Below are positions 8,319 to 16,903 of a DNA stretch of 20,580 nucleotides, in pieces. The stretch spans positions 1 to 20,580 of the forward strand of contig CAYYQL010000042.1 in assembly GCA_964473825.1 (NCBI GenBank). The letters are read 5' to 3'. The stretch comes from an uncultured archaeon. GTDB taxonomy: Archaea > Asgardarchaeota > Thorarchaeia > Thorarchaeales > Thorarchaeaceae. The first letter of the stretch is position 1. Every line of letters begins with the position of its first letter. Both the position numbers and the translations under genes were made by a program. The notes under the pieces are model-generated. The model did not search any database, was not told the origin of the DNA, and saw nothing but the letters and a program-made list of their open reading frames with translations.

Positions 8319-8927
8319 TTAAGACTGGTCGCTAGATTCAATTGCTCTGTGCTGTGCAAATAGGTGGACGCTGAATGATATGATAGTGGATATGGCGGAG
8401 ATCAGTGGTCCGTTTCCTACAGAAATGGCGGCATTTTCAGCAAACAAGAACGCTCCATCTATTGGAAGACTATCAATCTGACCATGAATGACAAACACGA
8501 ATGGAGTGTAATAGCAGATGGCAAGGACGCAAGCAACGAGAGAAGCTATAGAACCACCTAATACTATCAGATTTGTAATATGTTCTCCTTTGTGTTCTTT
8601 GGTGAGTGATGCTACTAGTAGTAAGGCCATTACTCCTGAAACTAGAGGGAAAAGACCAAACCAATAGTCGCTTGATGCTGAAGAAAACTGGTCACCGGCC
8701 CATACGGTAACTGACGCTGAGGACGAATTAAGTGAACCAAATCCAAAGCCACAAGTATACCCCGAAACAGCATGAGTTCCAATAAGAGGGTGCTCAAATT
8801 CACCCGTAAATATGATCCAAGGTTCGAAGACACCCCAGATTGTGAACAGCGAGGCGATGATAACAATGAGTCTTGGGGTGTCTAACCTCAAGTGGATTTC
8901 CTGATTGGTTGGGAGTAGATTGAGCAT
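8319..8927 (-). CDS. Hypothetical membrane protein (about 4 TM segments)
   Basis: ORF 8319..8978 with four hydrophobic segments. ATG 8927 is the likely start. Confidence 0.65.
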   Translation of the reverse strand: MLNLLPTNQEIHLRLDTPRLIVIIASLFTIWGVFEPWIIFTGEFEHPLIGTHAVSGYTCGFGFGSLNSSSASVTVWAGDQFSSASSDYWFGLFPLVSGVMALLLVASLTKEHKGEHITNLIVLGGSIASLVACVLAICYYTPFVFVIHGQIDSLPIDGAFLFAENAAISVGNGPLISAISTIISFSVHLFAQHRAIESSDQS

Positions 8928-9233
8928 AATGAATCTTTCGCGATATGTTCTCTGTGAAAAGCCAATCAGGGAATACACGGATGTTTTGTCAGTCTGGCAT
9001 CATAACGCATGATGTGATTGCTCAATTGATAAACTGGCACCATCTGGACATATTGGAAGGATTGCAATTATTTGAAACCCGGTCGAGCTGGGTAGTGAGC
9101 TTCAAGGCATTATCTGCAATAGTAGACAGCATGAAAGAAGGAGATGAGTGTGATGTCTTGAGTATGCATTCTCAACCGAACAATGGGCCAGTTCCTGATG
9201 ACAATGAGAGAGATGTGTTGCAATCCGGTGGAG

Positions 9234-9258
9234 TTATTAGGGATAAAAGCCCTAATAA
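9234..9258. promoter_or_regulatory. Perfect 9-bp inverted repeat, putative AbiEi operator
   Basis: TTATTAGGG-ATAAAAG-CCCTAATAA immediately upstream of ATG 9269/9278. AbiEi antitoxins are known to autorepress via promoter inverted repeats. Confidence 0.6.
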
Positions 9259-9268
9259 TCGTGCCGAG

Positions 9269-10150
9269 ATGTTGCAAATGACCCAGTTGGACAGAGCATA
9301 TGACGAGATGCTCATACGAGAGGTTGTGACCCTTGCTGATGCGAAAGAAATCATTGAAAAAATTTCAAATCGTGCGATATCTAGAAGAGCTGTGGTCCAA
9401 GAATATCTAACACCTCTCATCGACCGTGGGAGAATGGAGCGTGTCAGACGCGGACTCTATGTGATTGGAGTGCCTGAAGCAAGTGGCGAGCTGATGTTCT
9501 CAACCTCTCAAGGCATGAAGAAGCAGAGTCCGGACAAATTCTTGATAGGTGCCAAGATCCGGGAGAGAGGTTTCCTAAGTCACCATACTGCACTGGAGGT
9601 GCATGGTGCAAGCCAGACCTTTGGTTGGGGGACTGTATATGTCAGCGTTTCAAGAAAGAAGAGGTTCCGATCCTTCGAATATCGTGGGATTCTGTACACA
9701 CCTGTGTCAACAAAGGACCCATCCACAGGAATCTCGAAGGTCAAACATCGTGGGCAAGAGATCCTGGTAAGCACACCAGAGCGAACCTTCATAGATTGCT
9801 TGGAGAGAGTTGATCTAGGGGGAGGATGGGAGGAGGTCTTAAAGGGGGTCTCTCAACTCCGACTGAGGGACTCTGCAGTCCTTGTGAAGCTGTTGGAGGA
9901 GCGGAGGAACCAGACACTTATTCGAAGGGTTGGAATCATGCTTGATCGTTTCAACGAGGCGATCTCCAACTACATCTACATGTCTGACTTTGAAAAGGTC
10001 CGTGCACGACTCCAAGCACTTCTTAAGGGACGCTCTCTGTACATCGACAGAGGGCTAAAGGATATGACCAATGCAGAGATGACCCATGACAGGGAATGGC
10101 GTGTCTATTACCCTCGCAACTTCTGGGAGAATTATGAGAGAGGCGTGTAG
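9269..10150 (+). CDS. abiEi: Type IV TA antitoxin, AbiEi family (wHTH + AbiEi C-terminal domain)
   Basis: RVRRGLY (wHTH wing), FLSHHTALEVHG and STPERTFIDCL. Ends 2 nt before the AbiEii-like gene. True start is likely ATG 9269 or 9278 rather than 8945. Confidence 0.85.
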   Translation: MLQMTQLDRAYDEMLIREVVTLADAKEIIEKISNRAISRRAVVQEYLTPLIDRGRMERVRRGLYVIGVPEASGELMFSTSQGMKKQSPDKFLIGAKIRERGFLSHHTALEVHGASQTFGWGTVYVSVSRKKRFRSFEYRGILYTPVSTKDPSTGISKVKHRGQEILVSTPERTFIDCLERVDLGGGWEEVLKGVSQLRLRDSAVLVKLLEERRNQTLIRRVGIMLDRFNEAISNYIYMSDFEKVRARLQALLKGRSLYIDRGLKDMTNAEMTHDREWRVYYPRNFWENYERGV

Positions 10151-10152
10151 GA

Positions 10153-11235
10153 ATGACTGGGTGGAAGGATCCTGAATCGGTCCATAACGAAACCCGGCAG
10201 AGCGAGGATGTCTCAGAGCTACTCGATGCGCGAACCATCGAGCAGGTTCGCCGTCAAGTCAACGTACTGGAGGAGATATATGCTAATGCCTACTTGTGTG
10301 AGCGCTTGGTTCTGGGTGGCGCGAGTGCTCTCTTGTATGTGCACTTCGAATCTGCGCCTCGAATAGTGACTCATCTTTCATCAGGCATACAGATGATGGC
10401 CATTCCTAGGGTCACGGCAGATGTCGATGCGGACTATCACTTCCCCAACCTTGACCTTTCCTATGAGGAGGACAGGAAGAAGACCGAGAGTGTGTTGAGG
10501 AGCATCCTTGAACGACACGGCGTTCTGCAGATTCGAAAGAATGAGAGGTCGCTCAACCTTGATGTTCAATACAAGGGAGAAGAGGTTCAACAAGGTACGT
10601 TCAAGGTGGAAATCAACTTCATGCGCCGATATCCGGTCCTTGGATATATCGAGGGGGCCTTCAAGGACCCTGTATCCGACAGGACCTTCTTGGTGAAGAC
10701 CTATCCTAAGGAACAGGCATTCGCGAACAAATGGAGGACGATGATCTCGAGGAACAAGCCCTCAGATATCTTCGATGTGTATCATATCTCCCAAGCTGAC
10801 TGTGATAGGCAGAGGTTCATGCGCTGTGCCGTACTTGAGTGCATGCTTGAGCTTCAGCCTCGTGGAAGCCCGAATCCATGGGGCGGTGATGTGCTTCATA
10901 GAGTCCTTGGACTTGATGTCGCTGAGAATATCAAGACTACCTTCGGCCTATCCCATAGGCCCAAGGTCTACAAAGGAACGTTTTCGGTCGAGGACCTCAA
11001 GTCGATGAGGAAACCCGTGATAGAGTTCAGTCAAGGAATCCTTTCCGAGATGACAGAAGCCGATGAGGCGGCTATAGAGAGGTTCTTCACTGATAACGCC
11101 TCATCACCGCGGATGTTGGTCGCAGAGGTCCTTGGGATGATAGATCCCAACAATATCTTTGACCAGAAGGTATACGAGCATCCGCAGCTCTACGACCAGA
11201 TAGAACGACGACGGTTGAATTCCGAGGGCACATAA
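10153..11235 (+). CDS. abiEii: Type IV TA toxin, AbiEii/AbiGii nucleotidyltransferase
   Basis: LVLGGASAL, PRVTADVDAD (DxD), KVEINF and ANKWRTMISRNKPSDIFDVY. Confidence 0.85.
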   Translation: MTGWKDPESVHNETRQSEDVSELLDARTIEQVRRQVNVLEEIYANAYLCERLVLGGASALLYVHFESAPRIVTHLSSGIQMMAIPRVTADVDADYHFPNLDLSYEEDRKKTESVLRSILERHGVLQIRKNERSLNLDVQYKGEEVQQGTFKVEINFMRRYPVLGYIEGAFKDPVSDRTFLVKTYPKEQAFANKWRTMISRNKPSDIFDVYHISQADCDRQRFMRCAVLECMLELQPRGSPNPWGGDVLHRVLGLDVAENIKTTFGLSHRPKVYKGTFSVEDLKSMRKPVIEFSQGILSEMTEADEAAIERFFTDNASSPRMLVAEVLGMIDPNNIFDQKVYEHPQLYDQIERRRLNSEGT

Positions 11236-11357
11236 ACCACTCATCAGTCAGACTATGATGAACCTTGAGTGAACAAGTTACCACACCTAGCCACGAAGAG
11301 AACCAGGAGACCGATGGGGCCCCAGATTATATCGAGAGAATCTATGGCACAAGCCCT

Positions 11358-11837
11358 CTAACTCACGACACCGATGGCAAACTGCGCTCTGCGAGCATCC
11401 AGCGAGTCTTCGAGTTGCTTGAGGAAACCACTCTTTCCACCAATACTGGTTGAGGCAGCCTTGGCCTCAATCACGATCTTCAGAGGGTTCTGCAAGCTCT
11501 TCTCATTCACCTCGATGAGAAGGTCACCAACCTTCCTGCCGCCAACCTTCTTCTTCCCAATTATCTCGATGTTGTCGCCCGGCTTCGAGCAGATGGGTTG
11601 CAGGAAGTCATGGAACTCCTCCTCGAACTCCACACCCTTCCTCGTGCCCACCTCTGCCTCCTCGGCGCGTTCGGCCTCCTTCATCACAGTGTCACGCAGT
11701 TCCTGGATCTCGCTCTTCAGGTCATGGCGCAGGTCCCAGAAGGGACTCCCCTCGGAATAGGGGTCAAGAACTGACCGAAGCGGGCTGTCGATGTCAGAGA
11801 ACGCCCGTTGCAGCACCCCTCTCTCCGAGACCGACAT
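11358..11837 (-). pseudogene. Internal fragment of a DUF2130/RmuC-like PD-(D/E)xK protein
   Basis: Coiled coil followed by KGVEFEE...GDLLIE...IVIEAK...AQFAIGV. Appears truncated at both ends; the 5' side abuts a gene X remnant. Confidence 0.6.
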
Positions 11838-11859
11838 CGTGAGCCTGCTCTCTGCTGGC

Positions 11860-11961
11860 GAGATAATCTTCGAACGGTATGTTGCACGATGGCAGGAAGA
11901 CTCGGCTCGAGAACTGCTGGACGAGGCTCGAGAACTGAGAACGAAGACGGAGAAGACCTAG
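11860..11961 (+). pseudogene. 3'-end remnant of gene X (at copy 5)
   Basis: EIIFERYVARWQEDSARELLDEARELRTKTEKT*. Confidence 0.75.
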
Positions 11962-12021
11962 TTGACACTAGGCTGTGTTGAATATGGAATAGAATAGGGT
12001 GGCTCGACAAGAAGCAAGGGG
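11962..12021 (+). repeat. ~60-bp conserved element, copy 5
   Basis: TTGACACTAGGCTGTGTTGAATATGGAATAGAATAGGGTGGCTCGACAAGAAGCAAGGGG. Confidence 0.9.
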
Positions 12022-12050
12022 TAGAAAGCAGGCTAAACGATGCACTTGAG

Positions 12051-13118
12051 CTACGATGTCTTGCTCCACAACCACCGGGCAATCTTAGAAACCCAATCGG
12101 GAGTTAGTTCCTGTCCAAAATACTGGATATATCCGACCAGCCTGTTCGGTCGCATGATCTTGACATAGCGAGGCTTGGATTTCGGCCACGCGCCTGTCAC
12201 CGAAATGATGCTTCTCACCTTGAACTTCCGCAGGCTCCAGCGGAACTTCCGTATCTTTACCTTCGGCCCACCGAACTTGCGTTGGATGGCAACAAAGAGC
12301 CCACGTCCAGCGCGGCGCGTCTGCTGAATGGGAGAGTACAGGCTATTATTGTCAAGCGACTCCTTGCTCCAGTACTTGGACTCGATATTGAAGACACCCG
12401 AGGGGCCAACCACCACATGGTCAATCTGGCAGGACACGATGGGACCGAACTCCGTTGACACGGGCGGTTTGAGTCGGACGTTTACATCATTGATCACATG
12501 GTAGCTGTCAGGGAGCTCCCTCAGAGCATCGAGGGTCTTGCGCTCACCCAGGGCGCCGACCCGCCACGATGCAAGGTCAGACAGGGCCCTGTCAATCCGG
12601 CGCTTTCTCTCGTGTTCATCAGCCAGTCGCTTCGCCACTTCCTCGTCGGAGTTGGACTCGAGATATTCGGTCCGGCTTGCAAGTCGCTCAATCTCAGTAT
12701 AGAGGTCTTTGAATGGCTTGGCCACCTCATCAAAGAAGTGATCCTCAAGCCTTCTCTTTCGTCGCTGCTTCAGATAACGAGAGAGCCGCCTGTATATCCA
12801 GAGGAATGGGTTTCGAGTTGGTTCAGGAGATACAGAGAATTCCTTAACGAGCTGACTGTGCTCCTCCTTCAGCTCGAGGGTACGTTGCTGACGGAGCTGA
12901 TCGCGCTGCTGGATGGCTCCCTCGCTCTGTCTATGGAGGTGTTCAATCTCCCTGCGAATGGCCTGCCGGGTCTCATCTTCCTTTCGAGCGATAATGCCGT
13001 CTGACTCTGTGATGTGCAACTCCACATCACTAAGGGAGTTGATCCCCTTGATACCTCGTTTTCGAAGATTCTGGACAAGAACCCTTTCGGAGCCGGGAAC
13101 ACCGTGTACTCGAGCCAC
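12051..13118 (-). CDS. NERD (nuclease-related domain) protein with N-terminal coiled coil
   Basis: GALGE...LPDSYHVINDV...QIDHVVVGPSGVFNIESK. GTG 13118 is preceded by GGGAG. Confidence 0.88.
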   Translation of the reverse strand: MARVHGVPGSERVLVQNLRKRGIKGINSLSDVELHITESDGIIARKEDETRQAIRREIEHLHRQSEGAIQQRDQLRQQRTLELKEEHSQLVKEFSVSPEPTRNPFLWIYRRLSRYLKQRRKRRLEDHFFDEVAKPFKDLYTEIERLASRTEYLESNSDEEVAKRLADEHERKRRIDRALSDLASWRVGALGERKTLDALRELPDSYHVINDVNVRLKPPVSTEFGPIVSCQIDHVVVGPSGVFNIESKYWSKESLDNNSLYSPIQQTRRAGRGLFVAIQRKFGGPKVKIRKFRWSLRKFKVRSIISVTGAWPKSKPRYVKIMRPNRLVGYIQYFGQELTPDWVSKIARWLWSKTS

Positions 13119-13345
13119 CTGTGAAACTCCCTTCGATAGGGTACGCTGCAAATCTCCGCTTATTTGTTTCGTATAGAGAGAAAATCAATCCACTAACGGC
13201 ATTGAGTGAGAATAGTCGTCTGTTGACGATGGATTAAAGAGGGCCTTCTGTGAAGGGTCTAGACGGAGATAGAGATAACAAGTATATCGTGGAGTCTATA
13301 TTCTCTACTACGGAACTAATCTCAGATGACAAAGGAGGCATTGAG

Positions 13346-13855
13346 TTGGGTTTTGAGAAAAGATTCAGACTTCGGAAGTTTCTTGATTTCCTCGGCGAAG
13401 ATATTAGTATGGATACTCTGAGCCAGAGAATCGAGTTCCAGAAAATGACGTACCTCTTACAAGCCTTCGATGTTGACATCTGGTATCCTTTCAACTGGTA
13501 TCTACATGGCCCCTATTCGACTCAACTAGCAGATGATGGTTTTGCTCTTGCTAGCATGGATTCGTCCAAATTGGACAAACTCGCTGAGCCCTACAGTATA
13601 GAGGAGAACAGAGAGAATCTTGAGAGGATGAGAGAGTTTCTCCAACATCTGAGAGAGATAACCCCTGGACTCAAGGATTACGAGCGATTCGAGTTGGCTG
13701 CCTCACTACATTTCTTAGCTAGACGAACTCTACGAGACAGAGGGAACTGCAAAAAGATAGTAGAACGACTTCGACAGCGGAAGCCGGAATTTCGTCTGGA
13801 ACAAGCCACTAGGGTCTGCAGGTTGATGAGTGAAGTAGGCCTCATCCGTCCATAG
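13346..13855 (+). CDS. YwgA/SocA (DUF4065, Panacea)-like protein
   Basis: FQKMTYLLQ...YPFNWYLHGPYSTQL...ELAASLHFL. GGAGG lies 7 nt before in-frame TTG 13346 (the ORF track starts at 13250). Confidence 0.75.
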   Translation: MGFEKRFRLRKFLDFLGEDISMDTLSQRIEFQKMTYLLQAFDVDIWYPFNWYLHGPYSTQLADDGFALASMDSSKLDKLAEPYSIEENRENLERMREFLQHLREITPGLKDYERFELAASLHFLARRTLRDRGNCKKIVERLRQRKPEFRLEQATRVCRLMSEVGLIRP

Positions 13856-13889
13856 TCCCTTAGACAATAGTGCGAGGGTTGTAAATTCT

Positions 13890-15119
13890 TTGAAGAAAAT
13901 CTACGACCCAATCCACGGCTACATCACTTTGGATGCAGAGGAACTGGCAGTCGTTGATTCACTTCCTTTTCAACGACTTCATCGGATTCATCAAAACGGA
14001 CCAGCCTACTTGGTCTATCCTACCGCTCAGCATACCCGCTTTTCGCACTCACTGGGTGTGTATCAGGTCATGGATACCTTTGCCAACAAGCTCGCCGAAC
14101 GAGGAGCAATCAATGGTGACGAGCAAAGAGTCCTCAAATTGGCGGCATTGCTACACGACATAGGACACTTCCCTTTCTCTCACATGATAAGGAAATGGGA
14201 ATCGAAAAAAGGGAGGTTCCTCTCGCATGAAGAAATGGCTGAGAGAATAATCGAACAGCCTGAGCTTCGTTCTGTGATCAAGAAGCCCGAAGACAGAGAA
14301 AAGATAGCACAGGCTATCGCAGGAGAAATCGATAACCCCACCTTCGCTTATCTCATGTCATCAGACATCGATGTGGACAGAATTGATTATCTTCTCAGAG
14401 ATGCATACCATACGGGTGTGACTTACGGTGGCATCGACCTCAACCGGATTGCGGAGACAATGGACTATGATGACGAAGGATTGTGTTTCCAAGAAAAGGG
14501 GATTACCGCAGTCGAGAACTTCCTCTTGGCCCGATATCACATGTATGAAGCAATCTACAATCACAAGACTGTGGTTGCATTTCGATTGCTGTTAGAGAGA
14601 ATCCATCAGATGCTTGTCGAGAAGGAGGATGTCTATGATGGAGATGCGGTTCAGAGTCTCGACTCCAATGAATGGAACAGCTACACCGATGGGTACCTCT
14701 TCCATCAGATGAAGGATGCCTGCAAAGGAGCTACAATCCTCTCTGAGATGATTGAGGACTTCTTCCACAGAAGACCCTTGAAGCTGGCGGGCTCGGCCAT
14801 GGTATATGACAGGGAAGAGCCAGATGACCGCTATACTGGCTTGCAGGACCTCAGTGCGCCTCAGGAACGACAAGACTTCAGTACCTCAGTCGGCGTTGAC
14901 CCAGAATGGGTCTTCTATGAAGAGTTGAGTAATGAGTTTGTCAAGTTTGAGGAACAGACCAATCCTGTCCGGATCAAGATGAATTCCGGCGATATCGTCA
15001 ACTTAGTCGAATTCCGACCTCACTTCTCGCGCATCGCAAAGAAGGAGATAAGGGTCTACACCAGGAGTAATCACAAGAAAATAGTCAGAGAAGAGCTTGA
15101 GAAGCTCTACGGGATCTAA
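13890..15119 (+). CDS. HD-domain phosphohydrolase (COG1078/YwfO, SAMHD1-like dNTP triphosphohydrolase family)
   Basis: DPIHGYI, FQRLHRIHQ, HTRFSHSLG, AALLHDIGHFPFSH, DVDRIDYLLRD and MYEAIYNHK. Confidence 0.9.
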   Translation: MKKIYDPIHGYITLDAEELAVVDSLPFQRLHRIHQNGPAYLVYPTAQHTRFSHSLGVYQVMDTFANKLAERGAINGDEQRVLKLAALLHDIGHFPFSHMIRKWESKKGRFLSHEEMAERIIEQPELRSVIKKPEDREKIAQAIAGEIDNPTFAYLMSSDIDVDRIDYLLRDAYHTGVTYGGIDLNRIAETMDYDDEGLCFQEKGITAVENFLLARYHMYEAIYNHKTVVAFRLLLERIHQMLVEKEDVYDGDAVQSLDSNEWNSYTDGYLFHQMKDACKGATILSEMIEDFFHRRPLKLAGSAMVYDREEPDDRYTGLQDLSAPQERQDFSTSVGVDPEWVFYEELSNEFVKFEEQTNPVRIKMNSGDIVNLVEFRPHFSRIAKKEIRVYTRSNHKKIVREELEKLYGI

Positions 15120-15462
15120 GGATGTATTTGAAACTCTAGAGGAGCAGTTTACTTAATAGGGCGGGAAGATTCGCCTCCTATGAGGCATTGAGATGGTCTG
15201 TCAAATCTGTGGTAGCAAGAGTGGTTTGCGAGCATCTGCTTGATACTTGGGAGGAGTTAGACATCTCCGAGCCGGCTCCGTGAAAGACTATGTAGGAGTT
15301 CAAATAGCTTGATCTGGACACCTCATTCTGAGGTCAATATGACAGATATTTCGGCCTCACAGAGTTGGTCCAGTGCCGTTTCTGGACGGACATCACTCTG
15401 CTGTCCAAGTTTGTCTAACCAAAAATGAACGGTTTTATCCCCTGTGTATGCATCACTACCAG

Positions 15463-16383
15463 ATGACCAAGACTGGAGAGGTCGTGAAGTGCTCGGAGTG
15501 CGGACGCTGGTACCTTGCATCAGAGGGCTGCCCCACATGCGCAAAGGAAGCGAGTGGCGAACCGGAGGGCATGACCTTCCAGCGGGAGCTGGTCGAGAAC
15601 TGGAGCAAGCGGCTGTATGCAATCGCGAAAGAGGGCGAAAAGTGGGCTAGAACTGAACACGATGAACGGAGATACGAGGAGATCCTAGGCATCTCCGGCG
15701 AGATACATGCCCGCTGGTGTGATACTGATGCCAACCTCATCGACATCCCGATGGATTCGCTTGAGGACTGGAGCTCGGTGCTGTCCGACGTGGCAAAAGA
15801 GGGGTTGCACTACTCGGACGATAGCCACGACATCCGTCGCTATTCGGGGGTCCTTGAGGTGGCTGAAGACCTAGCGCAGCAAGTACGGTCGGTCTCCATT
15901 GAGCCACAAGTTGTTCCTGAGAAGGAGGGTTCGGCCTCGGATGTCCTGTTTGTGGCTGATCGGGAGATAGCTCCAGCGCTGATTGGCATGATAGAGAAGG
16001 CGGAGCAGAGGGTGTTGATCGCCACGCCGTGGATATGGGGCATAGACGAGATTGTTGAGAAACTGACCGAGCTCAAGCAGGAGCGAAATATCACGGTGAA
16101 GATCCTCGTGCGAAGACCCGAGCCGGGAAAGGAGGACCAGCACAAGGAGATGGTTAGAACACTCTGGAAGCGGGAGTTCCTCGTGGAGACCGAGGACTTC
16201 CTCCATGCGAAGCTGATTCTGGTGGATAATAAGGAGCTGTACATCGGCTCTGCGAACCTTGTCAGGACGTCCATGGACCGCAATCTGGAGGCGGGCATCT
16301 GCACCAGCGATCCCTCTGCGGTCTCGGATGCGTTGGTGTACTTCGAGGACAAGTTCGAAACGGCCTTCGGAAAGAGAATATGA
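15463..16383 (+). CDS. Zn-ribbon + two Nudix_N-like repeats + PLD (single HKD) domain protein
   Basis: CSECG...CPTC; two W..L..A.EG....HD.RRY repeats; LHAKLILVD...YIGSAN. TTTTAT about 25 nt upstream of ATG 15463 suggests that start (the ORF track starts at 15373). Confidence 0.8.
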   Translation: MTKTGEVVKCSECGRWYLASEGCPTCAKEASGEPEGMTFQRELVENWSKRLYAIAKEGEKWARTEHDERRYEEILGISGEIHARWCDTDANLIDIPMDSLEDWSSVLSDVAKEGLHYSDDSHDIRRYSGVLEVAEDLAQQVRSVSIEPQVVPEKEGSASDVLFVADREIAPALIGMIEKAEQRVLIATPWIWGIDEIVEKLTELKQERNITVKILVRRPEPGKEDQHKEMVRTLWKREFLVETEDFLHAKLILVDNKELYIGSANLVRTSMDRNLEAGICTSDPSAVSDALVYFEDKFETAFGKRI

Positions 16384-16466
16384 ATACGTTTCCTTTATGT
16401 GCCTAGTGCAGCTCGTTCCTACAGAGTGTCCTTGTTAAATCAAGAGAATCGCCAGTATCATACGCC

Positions 16467-16619
16467 ATGAAAATCGGCAAGAATGTCGAATGTCTAGATT
16501 GTGGCCATGTTGGATACTCTGTATGTCCACCGCCTGCGATCAGTCTTGACGGCGACAAGTCACAACCAGTTCCAGCCTGTGCGAAGTGCAGGAGTGGAAA
16601 TCTCAGATACCTAGAGTAG
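16467..16619 (+). CDS. 50-aa Zn-ribbon microprotein
   Basis: Not in the ORF track. MKIGKNVECLDCGHVGYSVCPPPAISLDGDKSQPVPACAKCRSGNLRYLE* has CxxCG...CxxCxS.N knuckles. Confidence 0.65.
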   Translation: MKIGKNVECLDCGHVGYSVCPPPAISLDGDKSQPVPACAKCRSGNLRYLE

Positions 16620-16903
16620 GTTTCTGCAGTAGCTCAACAGACAGTTGGAGTCCAATGTCGGTTGTTGTTGTTCGGACTCCATTTGGTCTGCGTCCGGACG
16701 ATTGTGAACAGCCGAGTTTTCCTGCTACCGAAACTGGATACCCTCTGTAAGCCTACTATATGGACTTCAGCTGATGCGGGGTCAGGGTGTTCCCATCCTT
16801 CTAAACATGAATGATACCCTCTACAATCCTCTGAAAATCATCAGCATGAGAAGACTACGTGTTTATATCAAATGGCAAGTCAATATCGTATATTTCGCCG
16901 TTC

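Noticed and set aside
8945-9268. 108-aa N-terminal extension of AbiEi in the ORF track
   Set aside because: It has no family similarity, covers the divergent promoter region and contains the operator-like inverted repeat. ATG 9269/9278 is the more plausible start.
2912-12021. Element as a canonical integron attC, CRISPR repeat, group II intron 3' end or Tn7 end
   Set aside because: No RYYYAAC...GTTRRRY boxes; spacing is 1.5-4 kb rather than 30-40 bp and there are no cas genes; no domain V/VI motif; no consistent terminal TGT or inverted partner end.
13186-13230. TCCACT...GAGAATAG resembling the element
   Set aside because: Spacing is wrong, the GGGTGGCTCRACA core is absent and there is no gene X remnant.
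16605-16614. AGATACCTAG identical to the end of the copy 4 remnant
   Set aside because: It is a 10-bp match inside the Zn-ribbon ORF with no flanking similarity, so likely chance.
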